64,000 nucleotides of DNA from Longimicrobiales bacterium (GTDB lineage Bacteria; Gemmatimonadota; Gemmatimonadetes; Longimicrobiales; Gaopeijiaceae), in contig CAXXKM010000003.1 in assembly GCA_963664435.2 (NCBI GenBank), positions 1,152,001-1,216,000 of the forward strand, in the 5' to 3' direction. Each line of letters begins with the position of its first letter. The first letter of the stretch is position 1. Positions 9,393-17,657 of the stretch are shown piece by piece. Position numbers and translations under genes: made by a program. The notes beneath the pieces are model-generated. The model did not search any database. It was not told the DNA's origin and saw nothing but the letters and a program-made list of their open reading frames with translations.

Positions 9393-10370
9393 TTAGACGG
9401 GCTTCGCGGGGACGGCGGCCTTGCTGGCGCCCTGCATGACGAGCGCGACGAACCCGGACCCGGCGGAGCCGGAGCCGGAGACCAGCATCGAGGCGAGTTC
9501 GCCGACCTTGAGCCCGGCCCAGAGGCCCGAGACGACGAGCGGCATGAGGACGACGGCCCAGAGCCAGAGCTCGCCCGCGTCGGCGGTGCCGGTGCCCATG
9601 AGGGCGTCGGCGTAGGTCGTGATGTAGCCGAGCCCGACGCCCATGAAGACGCGGAGCACGGCGCCGGCCACGACGCCGTAGAGCGTGTAGACCATCAGCG
9701 TCCTGAACCATCCCCAGAACAGGAACGAGAGCGGCTCGAAGAGCAGGAACGCGATGAACACGGGGCCGAGCAGGATCGCGATGGCGATCGCGACCTGCGC
9801 CCAGATCACCTGCGCGTAGGTGATGCAGAACAGCGCGAGCAGGCAGACCACGAGCGACGCGCCCATGCAGAGCGAGACCAGCGAGGAGAAGATCACGGTC
9901 ACGCCCGCAGTGACGATCGAGAGCAGGTTCCCGCCCGACCAGGCGGCGCTCAGGTGCGCGGAGTACGCCTGCACGAGCGCCGCCATCTCCGTGTAGCCTG
10001 CCGACACCACGTCGGACAGGAACAGGTTCTGGAGCCAGGCGCCTCCAGCCGCGATGGTGGCCGGGAACGTGAGCCCGACGCCCGGGATCGGCACGATGTA
10101 GTAGTGGAGCAGCGTGCGGGGGATGGCGATCCCGATCACGAGCTTGACGATCTCCCAGGGCTGGAACGTGCCGCTGAAGGCGATCTTGAGGCCCGTCCAG
10201 GCGACCATGACGGCGGCGAGCCCGCCCCAGAGCTGGAGCCCGAGCGTGTGCACGTCGGGCGCCGCGCCGCCGACCACGGTGTCGAGCACCACGTCCAGGA
10301 AGCTCTTGAAGTCCTGGAGCTGATCGTCAGGGATCTGCGTGGGTACGTTCGGATCGATCGACTGCTGCAT
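9393..10370 (-). CDS. virB6: VirB6/TrbL-family polytopic membrane protein
   Basis: Many TM helices, LLGPVFIAFLLFEPLSFLFWGW motif, T4SS context. Confidence 0.8.
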   Translation of the reverse strand: MQQSIDPNVPTQIPDDQLQDFKSFLDVVLDTVVGGAAPDVHTLGLQLWGGLAAVMVAWTGLKIAFSGTFQPWEIVKLVIGIAIPRTLLHYYIVPIPGVGLTFPATIAAGGAWLQNLFLSDVVSAGYTEMAALVQAYSAHLSAAWSGGNLLSIVTAGVTVIFSSLVSLCMGASLVVCLLALFCITYAQVIWAQVAIAIAILLGPVFIAFLLFEPLSFLFWGWFRTLMVYTLYGVVAGAVLRVFMGVGLGYITTYADALMGTGTADAGELWLWAVVLMPLVVSGLWAGLKVGELASMLVSGSGSAGSGFVALVMQGASKAAVPAKPV

Positions 10371-10382
10371 CGCGAACGCCCC

Positions 10383-11291
10383 CTAGTTGCCGCCCGTGTA
10401 GAACGACGGGACACGCAAGAGCAGCCCGTCGCGGAGCGCGCCCCGGTTCCGGGAAGCCGCGTCGCGAAGCGTGCCCGCCATCGCGTTGGCGCGCGCCCGG
10501 CTCTCGCTCCACGCGGCGAGTTGTTCGAGCCGCGCGAGTTCGGCCAACTGCGCGCGGCTCGCCTCCCGGGCGGCCTGCTGGGCGAGCACCTGGGCCACGC
10601 CCGCGTTGATCCGGCCCTGGCTCAGCGCGGCCGCGACGCCGGCCTGCTGCAGAGCGGTGTTGGACAGATTGCCGTTCGCGGTCAGTCCGGCGAACGAGCC
10701 CTGCGCGCTCTCGATGGTCTCGGCGAGCGCGGACGCCGCGTCGAGCGTCGCGTAGTCGAGCACCCGCTGCCGGTCGGCGGCTTCGCGGGCACGGCGGTAG
10801 TCTTCGGCCGCGCGCGCCGCCGCCGCGGGCGGCTGGTCGCGGAACAGCGCGAGGATGTCGGCCTCGCTCACCCGGTCGGCCGCGCCCCGGGCGCTCCGCC
10901 ACAGTCCGGTGAACGAGCGGCCGCCTCGTCCGAAACCCCGGACCGCAGCGACCGTCTCGCGGGCCGTGCCCCGGAAGTCCGAGCCCCAGGAGAGCCCGTC
11001 GCGCACCAGTCCCACGGGCTCGGCGGCGAGCCGGGAGAACGGCGCGAGGAGCGCGTCGATCTCGCCGCGCGCGGCGCGCTCCATGTGGTCGAGCTGGTCC
11101 TCGAGCTCGGTGAGCTGGCGGGCCATCGACCGGATCTGGCTGACCTGGTTCGTGATCTGCCTGATCTGATTCGCGATGATCGTGGCCCGCTGGACCCAAC
11201 TGCCGAAGTCGAACTGGGCAGTCGCGGGCGCGGGGCTCGCAATGGTGAGAAACGGGACGAGCAGGGCGGGTGTGAGGATGCGGTATCGCAT
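10383..11291 (-). CDS. VirB5/TrbJ-like secreted helical protein
   Basis: Signal peptide followed by a Q-rich coiled coil (NQIRQITNQVSQI); immediately upstream of virB6. Confidence 0.6.
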   Translation of the reverse strand: MRYRILTPALLVPFLTIASPAPATAQFDFGSWVQRATIIANQIRQITNQVSQIRSMARQLTELEDQLDHMERAARGEIDALLAPFSRLAAEPVGLVRDGLSWGSDFRGTARETVAAVRGFGRGGRSFTGLWRSARGAADRVSEADILALFRDQPPAAAARAAEDYRRAREAADRQRVLDYATLDAASALAETIESAQGSFAGLTANGNLSNTALQQAGVAAALSQGRINAGVAQVLAQQAAREASRAQLAELARLEQLAAWSESRARANAMAGTLRDAASRNRGALRDGLLLRVPSFYTGGN

Positions 11292-11308
11292 GGGTGTGTC
11301 CTTTCGTG

Positions 11309-12568
11309 TCATCGGTGTGCGGTGGGGGTGGGAATGAGGACATCCGCAGTGAACCAGATGCGGAGCCGGTGGCCCGCGCGGATCGTGATCTCGGGCATCC
11401 GGTTCAGGAACCGGTCGAGTACGGAGGTGGCGCTGCCTCCGAGCCCCTGGCCGATGGCGGCCCGGAGGCCGTAGGGCGAGGCTCCGGCCAGCGTGAGTCC
11501 GCTCAGCGCGCCCACGGCGCCCGCGGCCGCGAACGTCGAGAAGTAGTGGCGGCTCACCTGGTCCTTGAGCGCGCCCTCGCCCGCCTGGTTCAGCCCGGCG
11601 AACTCAAGGTCGATCCAGCTTCCGTCGGGCATCAGCAGCCGGTGGAACGCGACCGCGAGTCGGCTCTGGTCGCGGTTCTGCGCGGCCCGGGCGGTGCCGG
11701 CGACGCGCGCGCCGCGCGGAACTAGGACCCGTTGCCGGTCCGCCGAGTACAGCGGCACCGACACCATGGCGAGCACGGGTCCGGGGAACTCGCCCGAGAG
11801 TTGGGTGAGCAGCACGGCTTCGAGGAACGAGCCCTCCCGGATCCGTTCCCAGCCGGGCGCGTCGGCGGGGACCACGTGCCGGCCGGGCTCCGCCGTGCCG
11901 GGTGCGCGAGTGCTCTGCGACAAAGCTCCTGCAGAGCCCGGCAGGAGCCCTTCGCCTGCCAGGACCGTCGGCATCTCCGCTTCGAGGGCGGCGACCGACT
12001 GCCCAAAGGACGCGAGCATTCGGTCGAGCTCGGCCTCGGGCGGCTCGGGCTCGACCGCCGGCAGGCGGGCGGCGTTCCGCGCCTCGTTCGGGTCCCTATA
12101 GGTCTGCGCGACTGGGATCGAGCGGAGCGAGCGCGCCTGCCGCTCGATCTCTTCGAGCCGGAGCGCCTCGCGAAGCTCGTACTCGGCCTGGACCATGCCG
12201 GCCACGCCATCCCATCCGCTTCCGGCTCCGCTTTCGCCTCCCGCTCCACTCCCGCCACCGGCCCCAGCCGTCTCGGCCTCGGCCTGACGGCGCTCCCTGT
12301 CGGCGCGGGCGTCGTCTGCCGCCGCCTGTAGGGCATGGCGTTCCGCCTCGGCGCGCAGCCGTCCCTCGAACGAGCGGCCCGCCCGGTCGTCCACGGCCTG
12401 CGCCTCGAAAGGGGCGGGGGCCATCGGGTCCTCTTCGGGACCCGTGAGCGACGACGAGAACAGCATGCCGGCGATGAGCACGCCGATAAGCGCGATCCCC
12501 GCCTTGGTGATGATGCCGCCCGGCAGCGCGCCCTTCGGCTCCTTGATCCACTGCTTCCAGCGGCTCAT
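11309..12568 (-). CDS. virB10: VirB10/TrbI-family protein
   Basis: TM anchor, GSFLEAVLLTQL, VLVPRGARVAG, GEGALKDQVSRHY, PEITIRAG. Confidence 0.9.
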   Translation of the reverse strand: MSRWKQWIKEPKGALPGGIITKAGIALIGVLIAGMLFSSSLTGPEEDPMAPAPFEAQAVDDRAGRSFEGRLRAEAERHALQAAADDARADRERRQAEAETAGAGGGSGAGGESGAGSGWDGVAGMVQAEYELREALRLEEIERQARSLRSIPVAQTYRDPNEARNAARLPAVEPEPPEAELDRMLASFGQSVAALEAEMPTVLAGEGLLPGSAGALSQSTRAPGTAEPGRHVVPADAPGWERIREGSFLEAVLLTQLSGEFPGPVLAMVSVPLYSADRQRVLVPRGARVAGTARAAQNRDQSRLAVAFHRLLMPDGSWIDLEFAGLNQAGEGALKDQVSRHYFSTFAAAGAVGALSGLTLAGASPYGLRAAIGQGLGGSATSVLDRFLNRMPEITIRAGHRLRIWFTADVLIPTPTAHR

Positions 12569-13401
12569 CGCGCGTCTCTGGGCTCGAACCGCCAACCCGT
12601 CCGCTCGTCGCCGATCTGGAGCCATCCGTCGCCCAGCACGTGGCGGGCGACGTAGAGGCCGTCCTCCGTCAGATCGAACGCGACCAGGCTCGGCTCGCCG
12701 TCCCGCAGCTCGTAGAGCGCGGGCGCTTCCTGCGCGCGCGAGCGCAGATACGTGAACCGGCCGTCGTGCCACATCGCCTCGACGAGGAACGGCCGCCTTG
12801 ACGCATCCCGGTCCAACCGGTACTCGAACCGGAGACTTTCGGGATAGGAGGCGCGGAACGCCTCGATCTCCGCTTCCGCCGCAGCCTGGGTTCTGCGCGC
12901 CGCCTCGGCCGCCTCCGCGGCCATCTCCCGGTAGGCCGCGACCTCGCTCCGCGCGACGAACGCGGGCGCGCCCGCGCCGGACGTGCCCGCGGCCTCCGCG
13001 CCCTCCTCGACTCGGACGACCAGATGCGGGGGTTCGTCGCCGTGCTCCGCGACCAGAAACGAGTAGATGCGACCCGATTCGCAGACGAGCGCGATGTTGG
13101 TCGCCGCGTCCTCGGCTAGGGGCTTGAGGTACGCGACGTTCGCCGCGCCGGTCAGGTGCCAGTACTCCGAGTCGCCGGCCACGAAATCGAGGATGCGCTC
13201 GGATGCAGGGAGCACGATTACCGTAGTATGGCGTACGCGCGCGCGTACGCCATGGATCCGGTCCTGGCCGTCCTCGGCGGCCGGCACCCGGAGGAACGTC
13301 GCCTCCTCCTCGGGCTGCCTGGCGACTTTGTGTTCCTGGGCGGCCACTGGCAAGGCCCCCAACAGAAGCGTCAATGCGATAGGTATCGTTGCGGGTCTCA
13401 T
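12565..13401 (-). CDS. virB9: VirB9/TrbG-family protein
   Basis: Signal peptide, AGDSEYW, YLKP, TN, WHDGRFTY, PALY motifs. Confidence 0.88.
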   Translation of the reverse strand: MRPATIPIALTLLLGALPVAAQEHKVARQPEEEATFLRVPAAEDGQDRIHGVRARVRHTTVIVLPASERILDFVAGDSEYWHLTGAANVAYLKPLAEDAATNIALVCESGRIYSFLVAEHGDEPPHLVVRVEEGAEAAGTSGAGAPAFVARSEVAAYREMAAEAAEAARRTQAAAEAEIEAFRASYPESLRFEYRLDRDASRRPFLVEAMWHDGRFTYLRSRAQEAPALYELRDGEPSLVAFDLTEDGLYVARHVLGDGWLQIGDERTGWRFEPRDAR

Positions 13402-15854
13402 CGTGTTGTGTCCTCCTTGGGTCTAGGGGGTTGGGCGAGAGGGTTCGCCAGGACTTCGAGGGCCTTGGCGAGTCCGTGTCTCTTGACGGCCTCGGCCCGC
13501 CGCTCGGCGTCCAGAGGCGAGGACGTGTAGAGCCAGTAGCTCTCCGGATCGACTTCGAGGCGGAGCACGGCCGCCTCGTCCGGGCGCCGGAGATACAGTC
13601 CGCGCTTCGGCATCAGCTCCCGGATCCGCCCCACCTCCGACTCGTTCAGCCGGAACAGGTCGCCGACCTCGTCCGGCAACTCGGGGTTCGCCAGGAACAA
13701 CTTCGTCGGGATCGACTCCAGCAGCGCCGAGGCGCCGGGTGTTCCGGTCATGTCCACGGCCGACTGGGTCGCGAGCACGAGCGCGGCGTTCTTCTTCCGC
13801 CACGTCTTGGCCGCCTCGGCCAGGTAGGCGAGCACCGCCGGGTCGGCCAGGTAGCGCCACGCTTCGTCCACGACCATCAGCTTGAGCCGCGCGGCTTCCC
13901 GGGGGTCCTCGATCTCGAGGCGCATGCGTTCGAGCAGATAGGCCAGCGCCGCCTCGCACAGATCCGCGTGCTCGGCCGCGCCCGCCAGATCGATCACCTG
14001 CCAGTCCCGGAACTCGAGGTCGGCCCCGCCCACCGGAGCGTTGTCGAAGAACCGGCCCCAGACGCCGTCGCCGGTCCAGCGGCTGAGCGCCGGCCACATG
14101 GCGGCCGGGAGGGAGCCGGTCAGCACGCTCAGCGTGCGGCGCTCGGCTCCGAGCGCGTACAGGTCCTCGATCCGAGAGCGGATCTCGCTCGTGTCCGCGC
14201 CTGTCGGCTCGTATCCGCCGAGCCTCAGCAGGCGGAGCACCCAGCCGGTCAGGAACTGGAACGTGCGCGTGCCCGCGGGAAGCGCGAACGGCTGAAGGCT
14301 CAGCCCGGACTCGGCGTCGCCGCCGGGCGTGAGCTCGAGGTAGGAGCCCCCGAGGAACCGAGTCAGCCAGCGGTACGAGCCGCCCAGGTCCAGGATGAGC
14401 ACGCGCGGGCCGTACTTGAGCGCCTCGACCAGGAGGAAGTTGAGCGCAAAGCTCTTGCCCGAGCCCGTCGCGCCCAGGATCAGCGTGTGGCCCACGTCGC
14501 CGCGGAACAGGTCGTAGTGGTAGGTGGTGCGCCACGGCGTCTCGAACACCGCGAGCGACTCGCGGTCCAGGTGCCTGCACCGGGCCAAGCCCCGGGGTGG
14601 CCCGAACACGGGCGCGAGGCAAGCCGCGAGCCCGGCCGAAACGAACACCGTCCTCACCTGCCGCTTGCGGGGCTGGGCGGGCAGACGCGAGAACCAGACG
14701 GGCAGCTGGCCGTAGCCCTCGCGGACGGCCTTCGCGTCATGCGCGGCGAACAGGCGGCGCACGTCGCCGTCCAGCCGCTCGATCTCGTCAAGTTCGCCGT
14801 GGAGCGCAACGGTGAGCGACGCGTCGCCGTAGGCCACGCCGTCGGCTTCGAGTTCGACCAGCGCGGCGCCCAGCCGGTCCGACTCGACCGCGGCGGCCGA
14901 ATCGACCATCGCCGACGCCGTGCCCTCGGTCTCCTGCACATGCGCCATCATCGAGTAGCGGCGCGAGAAGTAGTGACGCTGCGCGCCCCGGATCCGGCGC
15001 CTGGCCGCTTCCACGGTCCACGGTCGCCATTCGAGCGAGACGGTCAGCGTCGCGTCCAGGCAGTAGAGATCCCTGAGCAGGTTCGCGTGGGCTTGGCCCG
15101 GCGGCGACAGAAGCGAATACAGGATCACCGGCTCACCGTCGAGCCTCAGGTGACTGCGCTCGGCCTCCAGCTCCGACAGTGCGAGCCGCCAGTTCATGCC
15201 GCTGCCGGTCGCGCCGTCCCACGCCATGCCCGGGCGGTTGATCAGTTCCGACAGCAGCCGGGACGCTTCCACGGCCCCCAGCATCTCGACCGGCGTGTGC
15301 TCGGCCACGAGCGACCGGCCCGCATCGACCATCGCGCGGAACCGGTCCGCCGCCGCCTCGACCTCGGACGCCAGATACGTCGGCGCTCCCTTCCTCCGTC
15401 GCTTGCGCAGCCGGGCGAGCCGGGCCAGCGGTCCGGACCGCGTGCGCTTGGCCACCGGACGGAGAGCGGACCCGAGCGACCAGACGACGTAGGCGTCGAG
15501 GCGCTGCACGCGGCGGTCGAGGAACGCGGTGCGCTTCCGCTTCGAGACGGCCGCGATGTCCGAGCCATACTCTTCGCTCCCCCGCGCGATGGCCGCCGGG
15601 CGCCGGAGCAGATAGAAGTAGAGGCGCGCGCTCGGGTCGAGTCCCGACAGCAGGCGCTGCCAGAGACCCAGCACCCGGTCGACCTGCTCCGGCGTGCGCC
15701 CGTCCACGGCGGCGGGCAACAGCCGGCCCGCAGCGATCAACTCGCCCGAGCGCGCCAGGCAGGTGCGGCCATCGTCGAGCCAGCCCCAGTAGGGCAGCTC
15801 CTCGGCCAGCGAGCCCGCCGCCTCATGCGCCCGAAGTTCCTCGGCGACTCTCAC
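13398..15854 (-). CDS. virB4: VirB4/TrbE ATPase
   Basis: GHTLILGATGSGKS, LDLGGSY, VVDEAW, RKKNAALVLATQS; GTG start overlaps the virB3 stop. Confidence 0.92.
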   Translation of the reverse strand: MRVAEELRAHEAAGSLAEELPYWGWLDDGRTCLARSGELIAAGRLLPAAVDGRTPEQVDRVLGLWQRLLSGLDPSARLYFYLLRRPAAIARGSEEYGSDIAAVSKRKRTAFLDRRVQRLDAYVVWSLGSALRPVAKRTRSGPLARLARLRKRRRKGAPTYLASEVEAAADRFRAMVDAGRSLVAEHTPVEMLGAVEASRLLSELINRPGMAWDGATGSGMNWRLALSELEAERSHLRLDGEPVILYSLLSPPGQAHANLLRDLYCLDATLTVSLEWRPWTVEAARRRIRGAQRHYFSRRYSMMAHVQETEGTASAMVDSAAAVESDRLGAALVELEADGVAYGDASLTVALHGELDEIERLDGDVRRLFAAHDAKAVREGYGQLPVWFSRLPAQPRKRQVRTVFVSAGLAACLAPVFGPPRGLARCRHLDRESLAVFETPWRTTYHYDLFRGDVGHTLILGATGSGKSFALNFLLVEALKYGPRVLILDLGGSYRWLTRFLGGSYLELTPGGDAESGLSLQPFALPAGTRTFQFLTGWVLRLLRLGGYEPTGADTSEIRSRIEDLYALGAERRTLSVLTGSLPAAMWPALSRWTGDGVWGRFFDNAPVGGADLEFRDWQVIDLAGAAEHADLCEAALAYLLERMRLEIEDPREAARLKLMVVDEAWRYLADPAVLAYLAEAAKTWRKKNAALVLATQSAVDMTGTPGASALLESIPTKLFLANPELPDEVGDLFRLNESEVGRIRELMPKRGLYLRRPDEAAVLRLEVDPESYWLYTSSPLDAERRAEAVKRHGLAKALEVLANPLAQPPRPKEDTTR

Positions 15855-16156
15855 TCGCTGCCTGCCCGGATCTTCAGGTGCCACGGCTCGTCCGTCCACT
15901 TGCCCGGATCGAACCGCGCCGGGTGGCGCGACGCCGCGCGGAGCACCGCGAGCATGGCCGGGTCCTTCCGGCCCGCGAGCCAGCCCGCGCCGTAGCAGCC
16001 GGCGAAGATCACGCCGCCCGCCACCAGCGAGGCCGTCGCGTTCCAAACCGAGAGCGCGAGCGTGGCGCCCAGCAGGAACAGCCGCCGCTCGACACCCAGT
16101 ACGGTCAGCGGACGGTTGAGCGCGGCGTAACCCGGCCAGCGCCTCAAGCCCCGCAT
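15851..16156 (-). CDS. virB3: VirB3-family protein
   Basis: ALNRPLTVLGVER, two TM segments, KDP motif. Confidence 0.85.
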   Translation of the reverse strand: MRGLRRWPGYAALNRPLTVLGVERRLFLLGATLALSVWNATASLVAGGVIFAGCYGAGWLAGRKDPAMLAVLRAASRHPARFDPGKWTDEPWHLKIRAGSE

Positions 16157-16443
16157 CAGAACAGCCAGGCCAGGAAGTTCACGGCGCCGACGGCCATCCC
16201 GATCCCGAAGATGATCCCGGCCAGCGTGCGCTTGCTGCCGCCCTCGCCGAACGCGAACATCAGCCCGCCGACCACGATCGCGATCAGCGACAGCCCGCGC
16301 GCGATCGGACCCGTGAACTGCGTCTGTAGCTCGTCCACCGCCTCGACCCACGGGCTCGTCCCCTGCGCCAGCAGCACACCCGGCGTCAGCGCCAGCAGCG
16401 CGGCCCAGGCGGCCGCCTTCAGCGTTCTCGACAACGTTCTCAT
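16156..16443 (-). CDS. virB2: VirB2/TrbC pilin
   Basis: Signal peptide, SPW...FTGPIARGLSLIAIVVGGLMFAFGE. Confidence 0.88.
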   Translation of the reverse strand: MRTLSRTLKAAAWAALLALTPGVLLAQGTSPWVEAVDELQTQFTGPIARGLSLIAIVVGGLMFAFGEGGSKRTLAGIIFGIGMAVGAVNFLAWLF

Positions 16444-16991
16444 TCGCTCTCCTCCTCGGGAGTCAGTTGTGGTGTTGGCGCCGGGGCGTCGTCCCCGACC
16501 CGGTCGTGCTCGATCCGCTCGTCCATCCATTCCAGGACCTCCGACTCGATCCAGCGCACCGCGCGCCCGCTCAGCCGGACCGCCCGCGGAAAGCGCCCGT
16601 CCGCCGACCAGTCGTAGATCGTCGTCCGCGACAGGCCGGTCAGCGCCTCGACTTCCGAGATCCGCAGGAAACGGATCGTCGGCCTCGTTCTCGCAGTCCT
16701 CCGGTCTCTACTCATCGCTCCACTCCGGTTCGTCTTCCTCCACCGTCTCGCCGGCCTCGGCGCGACAGGCCGGGCGTACCGAGCCATCGCAGCGGCCGGA
16801 TCCGCCTCGTAGGCGGCCAGGAAGGCCAGAATCCGGTCCGCCGTCCTGAGCGACGGCGAGCGCCCCCGCTCGATCTGGCGCAGCAGGTTCGGGTCGCCCA
16901 CCGCCAGCATGCCGAGCGTCGTCGGACTCATGCCCGTGCTGCCCAGAAACGCGTTCAGCCGTGCGTTGAATTGCTCCTCCAGGGTCTGCAT
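16440..16991 (-). CDS. Transcriptional regulator: Cro-like HTH fused to AlpA domain
   Basis: N-terminal GMSPTTLGMLAVGDPNLLRQIERGRSPSLRT; C-terminal FLRISEVEALTGLSRTTIY...FPRAVRL...WIESEV. Confidence 0.8.
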   Translation of the reverse strand: MQTLEEQFNARLNAFLGSTGMSPTTLGMLAVGDPNLLRQIERGRSPSLRTADRILAFLAAYEADPAAAMARYARPVAPRPARRWRKTNRSGAMSRDRRTARTRPTIRFLRISEVEALTGLSRTTIYDWSADGRFPRAVRLSGRAVRWIESEVLEWMDERIEHDRVGDDAPAPTPQLTPEEESE

Positions 16992-17054
16992 GAGAGCCGA
17001 TCCAGCCGTGTCAAGGCCCGTAACGTTGAAAGGACCTTTTCCAGGAAGTCAACT

Positions 17055-17072
17055 CTTAGGAGATCTCCTAAG
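17055..17072. promoter_or_regulatory. 18-bp perfect palindrome, candidate operator for the tra operon
   Basis: CTTAGGAGATCTCCTAAG, next to a minus-strand TTGACT hexamer (17047-17052). Confidence 0.45.
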
Positions 17073-17657
17073 TGTCCGTGGTGTAAGTAGTTATCCGACG
17101 TTGTCCGCGACGTCCGGGAGCCCGCCGCCAGTGCGGCGGCGCACACCTCCGGAAGGCGGGACGGGATGGGAGAGCGGGGGTGGCGTGCGAGGCTCGGCCG
17201 ACGGAGCCCGGCCTGGGCGCGACCGGTTCGGGACACGCGCCGGGCGGCACGACGGAAGTCGAGCGTTCGCGGGAAGGGGATGCCGTTCGCGAGGCCGGGC
17301 GGTGGCTGGGAAGAGGACGACGCTAGTGGAGCTGGTCGATTCCCGGCCCGGCGAGGGATGGCGTTCGCGGACCGGCTGCGCGCTTCATGGCATGCGCGGC
17401 CGGCGGACGGCCCTACGGCGCCAGCGGACCGACGTGCGCTGGTGCGGGGATGGCGGGACTGGAAGTCGGGGTTGGCTGTGACGCGGGCTCTACTGGACCC
17501 GGCGTCATCCGGCCCCTCAAGAAGGCGCTGCTTGGTGCAACCCTTAAGCGGCCGGGACGCGCGACACCTGCGCGCGCCCCGGCCGCTGCGGGCGTGGCCC
17601 CCCCGACGCACTCGGACCTCGTCGGGCGCGTCGGGGGACCCATCTTGCTCGGGGGCT

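Noticed and set aside
457..16849. Long plus-strand ORFs over the integrase/T4SS region (e.g. 5455-7698, 13389-15995)
   Set aside because: Antisense shadows of GC-rich genes with no recognisable motifs.
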